Positions 17,046-23,915 of a stretch of 64,000 nt of DNA are shown here, one piece after another. Under the pieces are notes generated by a model. It was not told the DNA's origin and ran no database searches. It was given only the letters and a program-made list of their open reading frames with translations. Each line of letters opens with the position of its first letter. Position 1 is the stretch's first letter. The position numbers and the translations under genes are program-made. The stretch lies in contig CAJTPU010000005.1 of the NCBI GenBank assembly GCA_910578335.1, positions 68,595 to 132,594 on the forward strand, in the 5' to 3' direction. Source of the stretch: an uncultured Lachnospiraceae bacterium. Its GTDB lineage: Bacteria > Bacillota > Clostridia > Lachnospirales > Lachnospiraceae.

Positions 17046-17303
17046 ATGAGAAAGGCAATCAACGACACAGGGACAATCGAACAGCTCTTTGAGAGCTACA
17101 AGGCAAGGTACAACGAGGAAACGCCACTGAGTGAAGGACAGGACACGGCAATGAACGAACTGGAAAAGGCAACGCTTACCGGCACGGCATCCGGCCAGAC
17201 CGCATTTGACAAAGCGATAGCGTTATCCAGGGAATCCGAAAAGGCCGGCTTTATCCTCGGATTCAGAATGGCAATGAATTTAATGAGCGAGTGTCTGGGC
17301 TAA
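17046..17303 (+). CDS. Hypothetical protein
   Basis: ATG 17046 behind AAGGAGG. 85 aa. Confidence 0.45.
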   Translation: MRKAINDTGTIEQLFESYKARYNEETPLSEGQDTAMNELEKATLTGTASGQTAFDKAIALSRESEKAGFILGFRMAMNLMSECLG

Positions 17304-17334
17304 CAGCCCGGCACCGCCCGGAAAGGACAGGGCT

Positions 17335-18558
17335 ATGGCAGGGAAAAACAGAAAGGACCACCGGGGAAGAGTATTACCCCCGAATGTGAGCCAGAAATCA
17401 GATCAGCGCTATATCTGGAGGAAAATGATTGACGGGCATCAGTATGTGCTTACCGACAATGACCTGAACGAACTGAAAAAGAAAATCGTCCGCAAGGAAT
17501 CAGAGCTCCAGAACGGCATCTACAGCAACCCAACAAAGATAACGCTCAATGAATGGTTCTGCAAATGGATGGACTTATACAAGGGCAATCTGAAACTGAC
17601 AACCAGAGATCGGTACCAGAAGGAATGGGAATACTATGTACAGGACAGCCCGCTTGGGAAAATGCAGCTTTCCAAAATCAAGCGCATGCACATCATTGAG
17701 CTTTACAAGAAACTGAGCGAAGAAAACGGGCTTGCCACAGCCACGGTACATAATGTGCATATCATCATTTACGGCTCTCTTTCGGACGCTCAGAATGACG
17801 GACTGATAACGGAAAATCCTGCTATCAATGCGTTCCAGAAAATCGAGCACAAGGAACCTCAGCACCGCCAGGCATTGAGCGTCAGAGAACAGGAATTGTT
17901 TATTGACTTCCTCTCCAGCAATAAGAAATACAAGGTCTATCTGCCTATGTTCGCTTTCTTCCTGGGTACCGGCACCAGATTGGGAGAACTGACCGGGCTA
18001 ACCTGGAAAGACATTGATTTGAAAAGGAATGTCATAAGCATAAACCACATTATGAATTATTCCAGAGTGAACGGCAAAAGAGTGTTCCATGTCAGCACAC
18101 CGAAAACAAAAAGCGGAATTAGGGAAATCCCGATTCTCCCGGAACTGAAAAAGCAACTGCTACTGCAAAGGCAATATGATTTTATGACCGGCATACACGG
18201 AACGGCCACGATTGACGGATATACGGACTTTGTTTTCCACACTTCTGCAGGAACGCCCTATATGCAAACCGGACTAAATGCCATCATCACCAGGATTGTA
18301 AACGCCTACAACCGCCAGGAAACGGAACGGGCAAAGAGCGGGAAAAGGGAACCGGAATTACTCCCGGACTTCTCCCCGCACGTCCTCCGGCACACATTCT
18401 GTACCCGGTTCTGCGAGAATGAAAGCAATGTGAAAGTGATCCAGGCAATCATGGGCCACAAGGACATCAAGACCACCATGAATATCTATGCTCATGCCAC
18501 GGACGATAAGATACAGGAAACCATGAAAGACCTCAGCTCCAAAATCAAAATCTGTTAA
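17335..18558 (+). CDS. int: Tyrosine recombinase / integrase, Tn916 Int-like
   Basis: N-terminal arm-binding-like NRKDHRGRVLPPNVSQKSDQRYIWRK. Also TPKTKSGIREIPI, IDGYTDFVF and HVLRHTFCT...IMGHKDIKTTMNIYAHAT, giving the R-H-R-Y catalytic pattern. Confidence 0.85.
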   Translation: MAGKNRKDHRGRVLPPNVSQKSDQRYIWRKMIDGHQYVLTDNDLNELKKKIVRKESELQNGIYSNPTKITLNEWFCKWMDLYKGNLKLTTRDRYQKEWEYYVQDSPLGKMQLSKIKRMHIIELYKKLSEENGLATATVHNVHIIIYGSLSDAQNDGLITENPAINAFQKIEHKEPQHRQALSVREQELFIDFLSSNKKYKVYLPMFAFFLGTGTRLGELTGLTWKDIDLKRNVISINHIMNYSRVNGKRVFHVSTPKTKSGIREIPILPELKKQLLLQRQYDFMTGIHGTATIDGYTDFVFHTSAGTPYMQTGLNAIITRIVNAYNRQETERAKSGKREPELLPDFSPHVLRHTFCTRFCENESNVKVIQAIMGHKDIKTTMNIYAHATDDKIQETMKDLSSKIKIC

Positions 18559-18566
18559 AGCCAGAG

Positions 18567-19826
18567 TCAGCACCACCGCCATACAGGGCATTGGTACTGG
18601 CTCTTTTTGTGCAAATTCTGGTACAAATTCCGGTACGAATAAAGGATTGAAATAAACAAAGATAAAAGATAGACCATAAGGAAAGCCCTGTAAAATGCAC
18701 TATACGGAACGCAAAGGACAGGGATAAACCGTACATTTAGAAATTTCATCACGTACCAGACAAAGACGGAATCTGCTGCCATCTTGGATATACCGAATAC
18801 TCCGGCCACATATCCATCAATCAGCAACGCTCTGTTGTAGGTAGCTGAGGAACCGACAAAGTTATGTGTCCACAGTACACGGTAATACTGAGCCTGCGCC
18901 GCCTTAATCGGAATCACCTGCACTTTGCTGTCCTCTTTGATTTCATAGTCCCTCGGCAGCATACTGCAATCCAACGGCTCCAGTTTGCTTTCGGAAGGGC
19001 GCTTTATCTTCTTTCCATTGGCGAGTGCCGTTGCCTCTTCCTCTCGGTTCGTGGTGATGTATGCGTTCAAATCCGCCCTGGTGCCGGACCTGGCATATAT
19101 TGTATATCCTACTGCCTCGCCTACCCGCTTTTCCTGGTAACAGATAACCAGGGCCTTTGCCTCCATGCACATATCATAGAATTGCTGGTGCCCTGTCTCC
19201 GGATCGAACAGCTGATACTCCGGTTCCTTCCACGTCATTTTCCCCTGGGTGTCATAGAACTTCTCGTACCCAGAAAAGTAAGTCGGTGGATTGGCAATAA
19301 CCAGGGCATGGGGATCATCCAGAACCTCTTTCAAATGCACCCACATATCCAACGGCCTATAGCTCATACCGTGCAGAAGGTTCCGAATCACTTCTATCTG
19401 CCGGTTGATGCTCTCTATATGCTCCTGCTTTCTCAACCGCAAGTCCGTAAGCATCTGGTAGAAATAATCATTGCCTGCACTCTTTGATGTTCTGAGATAC
19501 AGCTGTGCATACAATGCTGTTGCCGGGTCAAGCAGTTCTTGATCGTCAAATCCTTGTGCATGTATTTCCAACGGTTCTAATGACTGCCCTGTAATGGCAT
19601 ACCCAAGCACCGTAGACATCATGTTTACATCACTGGTTTCGATTTGCTCTGGCTTGAACCCATTCTGTACTGCCAGGTTTGCCATAGCGAATGTACCCGC
19701 ACACGGCTCTACGAACCTGGTATATCCGGACTGCGCTGCCGTTTCAATCAGCTTCACAAGAAACTTCTGCTCTGAGGTGCCCAGGCACCCCAAAAACATT
19801 GCACCCGGATTCATGAAAAATGCCAT
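18567..19826 (-). CDS. N6-adenine DNA methyltransferase (orphan, D12/Dam-like motif order). The C-terminal 60 or so codons read into the nested element.
   Basis: Motif I FVEPCAGTF and motif IV ANPPTY. ATG 19826 behind GGAAGGAG. The tail from about 18742 downward is hydrophobic, low-complexity read-through. Confidence 0.7.
   Translation of the reverse strand: MAFFMNPGAMFLGCLGTSEQKFLVKLIETAAQSGYTRFVEPCAGTFAMANLAVQNGFKPEQIETSDVNMMSTVLGYAITGQSLEPLEIHAQGFDDQELLDPATALYAQLYLRTSKSAGNDYFYQMLTDLRLRKQEHIESINRQIEVIRNLLHGMSYRPLDMWVHLKEVLDDPHALVIANPPTYFSGYEKFYDTQGKMTWKEPEYQLFDPETGHQQFYDMCMEAKALVICYQEKRVGEAVGYTIYARSGTRADLNAYITTNREEEATALANGKKIKRPSESKLEPLDCSMLPRDYEIKEDSKVQVIPIKAAQAQYYRVLWTHNFVGSSATYNRALLIDGYVAGVFGISKMAADSVFVWYVMKFLNVRFIPVLCVPYSAFYRAFLMVYLLSLFISILYSYRNLYQNLHKKSQYQCPVWRWC
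18617..18640 (+). repeat. Right-arm repeat TCTGGTACAAATTCCGGTACGAAT (direct copy of 11027-11050)
   Basis: A 12-bp perfect match followed by an imperfect match. Candidate arm-type Int site or alternative att core. Confidence 0.75.
18743..18767 (+). repeat. Right junction: ATTTCAT (direct copy of 11018-11024) followed by GTACCAGACAA (inverted copy of 11024-11034)
   Basis: Read directly from the sequence. Confidence 0.75.
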
Positions 19827-20050
19827 TTGCCTGCCACTCCTTCCCTTGAATTGTGAAAACCATACAAAAAGCTGAGGTGGCTCCAGGTATAACCCCGGAG
19901 ATTTCTGATACCCACCCCAGCACATTGCACAAAATAAGGCACCGTACTCATTGAATACGATGCCGTTGTTGTTGGACCGGAATCCTGCAGTGAGCAGGAA
20001 CTCTCCCCTGGAAGGGGAACGTGATACTTTCACCAATTCCGGAAATTATG

Positions 20051-20548
20051 TTAAATCCCCGCCATGCCGAATATGCTCATTTGCTCATACCCGCTTTCCT
20101 CTTTAGCAGGAGCATTGACAGGTTTCTTGTTGTCTCTTTTCGCCTTACCCTTCGGCAGTGTCGGATCGGGCAGCTCTTCGATAATCTCTCCTGTTTTCTC
20201 TGCCCACCACTGAGCAAAGACTGTTCGGTGGCACCACTCACTCTCCACCCTCACATCTTCAAAACAGAGAAGAACCAATTCTTTACCTTCACTCCTTGCC
20301 CTTTCCTCCAGCTTGTTAACCATGCTGATGATACGCTCTGTTCCGATTCCCTCCAGTTTTCCGTAATATGCCTTCTTGAAATTCTCAATATCCATGTTCA
20401 GCATATACCCTTTGGGGGCCAGGGAGTAGCACTGCTCTCTCAACTCATACCCCAACCGGAACTTCGGCTGTCCTATACTGATTCCTACCGGGTAATAATT
20501 ACCATTTGGTAATTCCTTATTGCTGTACCTGCTGGTCCATATAGCCAT
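20051..20548 (-). CDS. DUF488-family protein
   Basis: 165 aa. The N-terminal pattern MAIWTSRYSN...LAPKG...FKKAYYGKL and the later CHRTVFAQWW match the DUF488 pattern as I recall it. Confidence 0.6.
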   Translation of the reverse strand: MAIWTSRYSNKELPNGNYYPVGISIGQPKFRLGYELREQCYSLAPKGYMLNMDIENFKKAYYGKLEGIGTERIISMVNKLEERARSEGKELVLLCFEDVRVESEWCHRTVFAQWWAEKTGEIIEELPDPTLPKGKAKRDNKKPVNAPAKEESGYEQMSIFGMAGI

Positions 20549-20711
20549 CTTACATCACTCCTTTTAGTCTGTTGTTGATATTATAATTATACTATACAGA
20601 CGGTTCTAAGTACACTGAAATAGCCTTATTTAACCGATTGTTTACAATTCCTCCGGACCCTTGCGGCAAGCCTTTCGACCTGCCGCCCGCATCCTGGAAG
20701 AAAAACAACTG

Positions 20712-20734
20712 GCTCCTTTTTAGGGGTGACATAT
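20712..20734 (-). repeat. 23-mer ATATGTCACCCCTAAAAAGGAGC, copy 2 (on the - strand)
   Basis: 22/23 identity to 13799-13821, in inverted orientation. Confidence 0.9.
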
Positions 20735-20744
20735 GGGTTATTGG

Positions 20745-20830
20745 CTGATTACCATATTACCACTTGGTAATTCGCTTGTAAACCTACTCTTTTTCTACTT
20801 GGCTTTCATATAGCCTCTGGCAGCGTTCAA
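20745..20830 (-). pseudogene. Degenerate duplicate of the 5' end of the DUF488 gene
   Basis: GGCTATATG (20807-20815 versus 20538-20546) and ATTACCA(C/T)TTGGTAATTC (20756-20773 versus 20499-20516; 17/18). Stops occur in all frames. Confidence 0.5.
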
Positions 20831-20832
20831 AA

Positions 20833-21408
20833 TCACATTCCGAGTAAGTAAACAGCGACAATTCCACAAGCTATCCCCAGGTCCTTATACACCGTCTTAT
20901 CACTTACTTTTTCTACCTGCGAAATTTCCTGTACCGTGTACTCTCTTTCCTCCAGATACATCATGCTAAGCTCCCTATAACGGCGCTTCGCCTCTTCACT
21001 TCCAGACTTCTCGCACTCTTCCCGGTACATTTCAGTCGCTTTTTCTATGCGGTAGATACAATATAAATCCTCCTGCCTCCTTTTCTCCCCATCCTGGATC
21101 ACCCTCTCTGACTTACTTACCGTCTCCCTGGCGCTCCCCATGAGGTCCTGTATGAATTTCCATCTAAGTTCAACCTTTTCTTCTTCTGTAAACTCTGCCT
21201 CGTCAGACAGCGTAGCCTTGATTCGCCGGTATGAGCTGAGCATCTTTTTGGTTTTCTTGACCTTATTCTCTTCCCTGGCCCGTTTCTTCTCAGCCTTGAC
21301 CTGCTCTGTTCTGAAAGTATGCACTGCCTCCTTGCCTGCTATAGCGGCTATCTGGTTAATCTGCTCCTGTGTCAGAACATACATGGGTATCTTGTTATCC
21401 GTTTCCAT
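20833..21408 (-). CDS. ArpU/RinA-like phage late transcriptional regulator (sigma-region-4-like C-terminus)
   Basis: ATG 21408 behind AAGGAGG. C-terminal HTH YTVQEISQVEKVSDKTVYKDLGIA. Sits upstream of the packaging genes. Confidence 0.5.
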   Translation of the reverse strand: METDNKIPMYVLTQEQINQIAAIAGKEAVHTFRTEQVKAEKKRAREENKVKKTKKMLSSYRRIKATLSDEAEFTEEEKVELRWKFIQDLMGSARETVSKSERVIQDGEKRRQEDLYCIYRIEKATEMYREECEKSGSEEAKRRYRELSMMYLEEREYTVQEISQVEKVSDKTVYKDLGIACGIVAVYLLGM

Positions 21409-21420
21409 AATGTCGCCTCC

Positions 21421-21449
21421 TTGACTTTCTCGCAAATGCGAGGTATAAT
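21421..21449 (+). promoter_or_regulatory. Orphan near-consensus sigma-A promoter antisense to the phage late genes, with a palindromic operator in the spacer
   Basis: TTGACT, a 17-nt spacer ttCTCGCAaaTGCGAGg, and TATAAT. Overlaps the ArpU-like gene's RBS region on the other strand. Confidence 0.55.
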
Positions 21450-21464
21450 CTTTTTAGGGTTTGA

Positions 21465-21494
21465 GTCGTCTCGCAAGGGGCGGCTTTTCTTTTT
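21465..21494 (+). terminator. Weak intrinsic-terminator-like hairpin with a U-tract downstream of the orphan promoter
   Basis: GUCGUC / GGCGGC stem (two G-U pairs), an 8-nt loop, then TTTTCTTTTT. It folds only on the + strand. Confidence 0.35.
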
Positions 21495-21750
21495 ACCTGC
21501 GCCGTGACTTGCAGGTGGCGAAGTGTGATATGTAGCCGATTCCTTCTGCCAGGTTACTGTCTACCCTATTGGCAGAAACAACTTCTCCGGCCTGGGTTAC
21601 GATCTTCTCTGTAGCCTTCTCCCCGGCCTCCGGCCTGCGGTAACTTACCATTTCTGGATTCACCGGCATATTCTTTCCTGCCTTTGTCTTAATCCACATG
21701 ACCTGTTTCTTACAATATGCACACGTTCCAAACGGATTACCTGACCTCAT
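21493..21750 (-). CDS. Hypothetical small Cys-containing phage protein
   Basis: 85 aa. CAYC...HFATC pattern. Confidence 0.45.
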   Translation of the reverse strand: MRSGNPFGTCAYCKKQVMWIKTKAGKNMPVNPEMVSYRRPEAGEKATEKIVTQAGEVVSANRVDSNLAEGIGYISHFATCKSRRR

Positions 21751-21756
21751 GCTCTC

Positions 21757-21939
21757 CTATCCCTCCTTTCTGGCCTCCTTTATTTCCTGTTCGAGTCTCC
21801 TTGTCTTATCATCTGCTCCGAAGTAAGCACCTATTCCATGGATTCCATTCAGCTGGTCCGCCTGCTCCGGAGTCAAATCAATATAGCCAGTCACTTCATG
21901 CGATTGCCATATTGCGAACTTCCTTGTACCTTCCATCAT
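21757..21939 (-). CDS. Hypothetical phage protein
   Basis: 60 aa, tightly packed in the operon. Confidence 0.4.
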   Translation of the reverse strand: MMEGTRKFAIWQSHEVTGYIDLTPEQADQLNGIHGIGAYFGADDKTRRLEQEIKEARKEG

Positions 21940-22239
21940 TTACCCCCCCAATTCAATTTTCTTTAGCTCTTCCATGGATACGAGCCGGCAGTCTGGCAGC
22001 ATTATTGTCGGTTCTCCCAGCACTACCTCTCTGCCCTCAATGCGCATCCTCGGATAGCTCACTATTACAGAACATTCTTGCGCTACCTGGTATGAGGAAT
22101 CAGATATGATTTTCCGGATGCGCTTTTGATCTGCGCCAGAAGTCTGCCTCCCATTTACCGGAATATTGGCAAACCGCCTCTTCATAGCATTGGCCTCTTT
22201 GTATATCCGCTCATACACATACATAAAATTCCTTGCCAT
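21940..22239 (-). CDS. Hypothetical phage protein
   Basis: 99 aa, abuts its neighbours. Confidence 0.45.
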   Translation of the reverse strand: MARNFMYVYERIYKEANAMKRRFANIPVNGRQTSGADQKRIRKIISDSSYQVAQECSVIVSYPRMRIEGREVVLGEPTIMLPDCRLVSMEELKKIELGG

Positions 22240-22242
22240 ACG

Positions 22243-22476
22243 TCATGCCTTCTTTCTCGGACACCAGGCTGGAGAAGTCTTGATTGGAACCTCTTCACTA
22301 TACCGCTTTCCGAATCCGATAAACCCCTCCGCCTTCGTTATGCGATGCTCCCGATAATATTTTCTGATATACTCATTGTCTGGATGCTCACATGTGAAGT
22401 TGCTCCTAGTATTCCCTATTGGCCTCGACTCTCTGCAATACTCACACTCTGAGCATTTGATAACTTTCTCTTCCAT
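22243..22476 (-). CDS. Hypothetical Cys-rich phage protein
   Basis: 77 aa. CSECEYC...CEH...WCP. Confidence 0.45.
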   Translation of the reverse strand: MEEKVIKCSECEYCRESRPIGNTRSNFTCEHPDNEYIRKYYREHRITKAEGFIGFGKRYSEEVPIKTSPAWCPRKKA

Positions 22477-22485
22477 TGCTACCTC

Positions 22486-23232
22486 CTATACTTTTTCACG
22501 CTCCAGCTGTTCATCAATCTCATGCAGGCTTTGCTTGAACGGATTGAATCTCGGATATGCCGCATACTCTGCATGATCTTCCAGGCTTACAAACTGTGCC
22601 CAGGTTCCCGGATAAATCCGCTTAATCTCCCGCTGCTCTGCCAGCTTTGCGTTAGGGCAGAACCAACACCCGCCCCTCTTTGAAAACTTATAACAAGGAC
22701 TGAGCAAATCATACTCTATGCACTTCTGCCTTGCCATTTCCTCGGTATAGCCATATTTTTCAAGCAGAGACACGCAACCTCGCTTTTTCCTCAATGCCTC
22801 CAACCGTTTCGGTTCATCTATACCTATCCCTATGTACTGAGTAACCGGTTCGGTAATCTGATTCTTATACTCTGTAATCGGCTTTACCTTCAAATCACGC
22901 TGGACATTGCACATTCCTAATCCTGGAAATCCATATTTCTTCCCTTTGTTCTCCATGTGCTTTGTCGGCCTTTCAATTATCCGGTTGAACAGATACAGGT
23001 AATCCATGCTTGACCGAAGGATTGTGACCTTATATCCCCAACTCTCAAATATCGGCTTTGCCACCTCTTTCACAAAATGAATGTGATGCGGATTCTCTCC
23101 GCTTATTCCGTGCTGGATGTCAAACATCACTTCACAGAATATTATTTCATCCAACGGCTCATGGTTCTCATGGGCCAGGATAATGCTTGCTGTACTATCT
23201 TTTCCACCGGACCAGCTTACCATAAAGCGCAT
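22486..23232 (-). CDS. PAPS-reductase-like / PP-loop ATP-pyrophosphatase family protein
   Basis: N-terminal PP-loop SWSGGKDS. C-terminal CWFCP cysteine pair. Confidence 0.7.
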   Translation of the reverse strand: MRFMVSWSGGKDSTASIILAHENHEPLDEIIFCEVMFDIQHGISGENPHHIHFVKEVAKPIFESWGYKVTILRSSMDYLYLFNRIIERPTKHMENKGKKYGFPGLGMCNVQRDLKVKPITEYKNQITEPVTQYIGIGIDEPKRLEALRKKRGCVSLLEKYGYTEEMARQKCIEYDLLSPCYKFSKRGGCWFCPNAKLAEQREIKRIYPGTWAQFVSLEDHAEYAAYPRFNPFKQSLHEIDEQLEREKV

Positions 23233-23343
23233 GAGGGATAGTGCCGAAACACATATCCGCTACCGCATGACTACCGTTAGGCCGCATCCGGCCCGCAAAG
23301 GCTTTGGTAATTACATTGGTCGCCGCTCGCCATCCCAATACGT

Positions 23344-23592
23344 CTAGGCGCTCAGCAATTCCCTCCTGCTCACTTTATTTTCCTGGAGTGCTTTTCTCCA
23401 GTAAGCTATTTCCGCTTTGTCCGATCTTCTGATAGATTCCTGCAGCATCATTTCACAATCTTCTATTGCGCTCTCGATTTCTTCCAGAGTTGCCTCGCTT
23501 TCTTGCCCGCAACACCCACAGAAATCGTCTCCGTAAAATGCAGAAACAAATTCCCGCTGATCCTGCAGAGTGACCTTATGTTTTTTCGCCAT
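23344..23592 (-). CDS. Hypothetical phage protein
   Basis: 82 aa ORF. Confidence 0.4.
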   Translation of the reverse strand: MAKKHKVTLQDQREFVSAFYGDDFCGCCGQESEATLEEIESAIEDCEMMLQESIRRSDKAEIAYWRKALQENKVSRRELLSA

Positions 23593-23594
23593 AC

Positions 23595-23906
23595 TCAGTA
23601 CCTATTCGCCTTTCTGACCTTTTCAATCTCCGTGAGGGAAGGGGCATTGACGCATTTCTTCATGCCCTCATACAGTTCCTTCGCTCCCGGATTGCCTTTC
23701 TCCACTTCATCCGCCAGGTGGCGCAGGACCAATACAATCAGTCCTGCGTCTGCCTTTGCGTATGGAGATATGGCATTGATGATCTTTTCAGAGTAGTGCT
23801 GCAGACCTCTTTCAACCAGTTTCATAGCCTCCGGCGTCTTTCCGTCAGCTATCAGCTTATTCCCACGGTCCACATAACTACTCATTCGCTCTTTCTTGAA
23901 TGCCAT
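23595..23906 (-). CDS. Hypothetical phage protein
   Basis: 103 aa ORF. Confidence 0.45.
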   Translation of the reverse strand: MAFKKERMSSYVDRGNKLIADGKTPEAMKLVERGLQHYSEKIINAISPYAKADAGLIVLVLRHLADEVEKGNPGAKELYEGMKKCVNAPSLTEIEKVRKANRY

Positions 23907-23915
23907 GACTTCCTC

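Larger units (their letters stand above)
11018..18767 (+). mobile_element. Nested integrative element (about 7.7 kb) with a Tn916-Int-family integrase, inserted at the 3' end of the prophage methyltransferase gene
   Basis: Own integrase, excisionase-type HTH and sigma factor. Strand polarity is opposite to the phage late genes. ATTTCAT direct repeat at 11018-11024 and 18743-18749. TTGTCTGGTAC (11024-11034) is inverted at 18757-18767. The boundaries are uncertain by tens of bp, and an alternative right end is at 18640. Confidence 0.7.

Noticed and set aside
18567-18742. The C-terminal 60 residues of the methyltransferase ORF as a genuine membrane-anchoring domain.
   Set aside because: The sequence is AT-rich arm DNA containing the integrase-site repeats. 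The reconstructed pre-insertion gene ends cleanly at ...VMKCGG.
19827-20036. 70-codon N-terminal extension of the methyltransferase ORF (TTG start at 20036).
   Set aside because: There is no RBS. The ATG at 19826 has GGAAGGAG upstream and places motif I at the expected distance from the N-terminus. The open frame is noted as a low-interest finding.
20499-20516. The palindrome ATTACCAtTTGGTAAT as a serine-recombinase crossover site.
   Set aside because: No serine recombinase gene is in the window. The site lies inside the DUF488 coding sequence. It is retained only as part of the duplication-scar observation.
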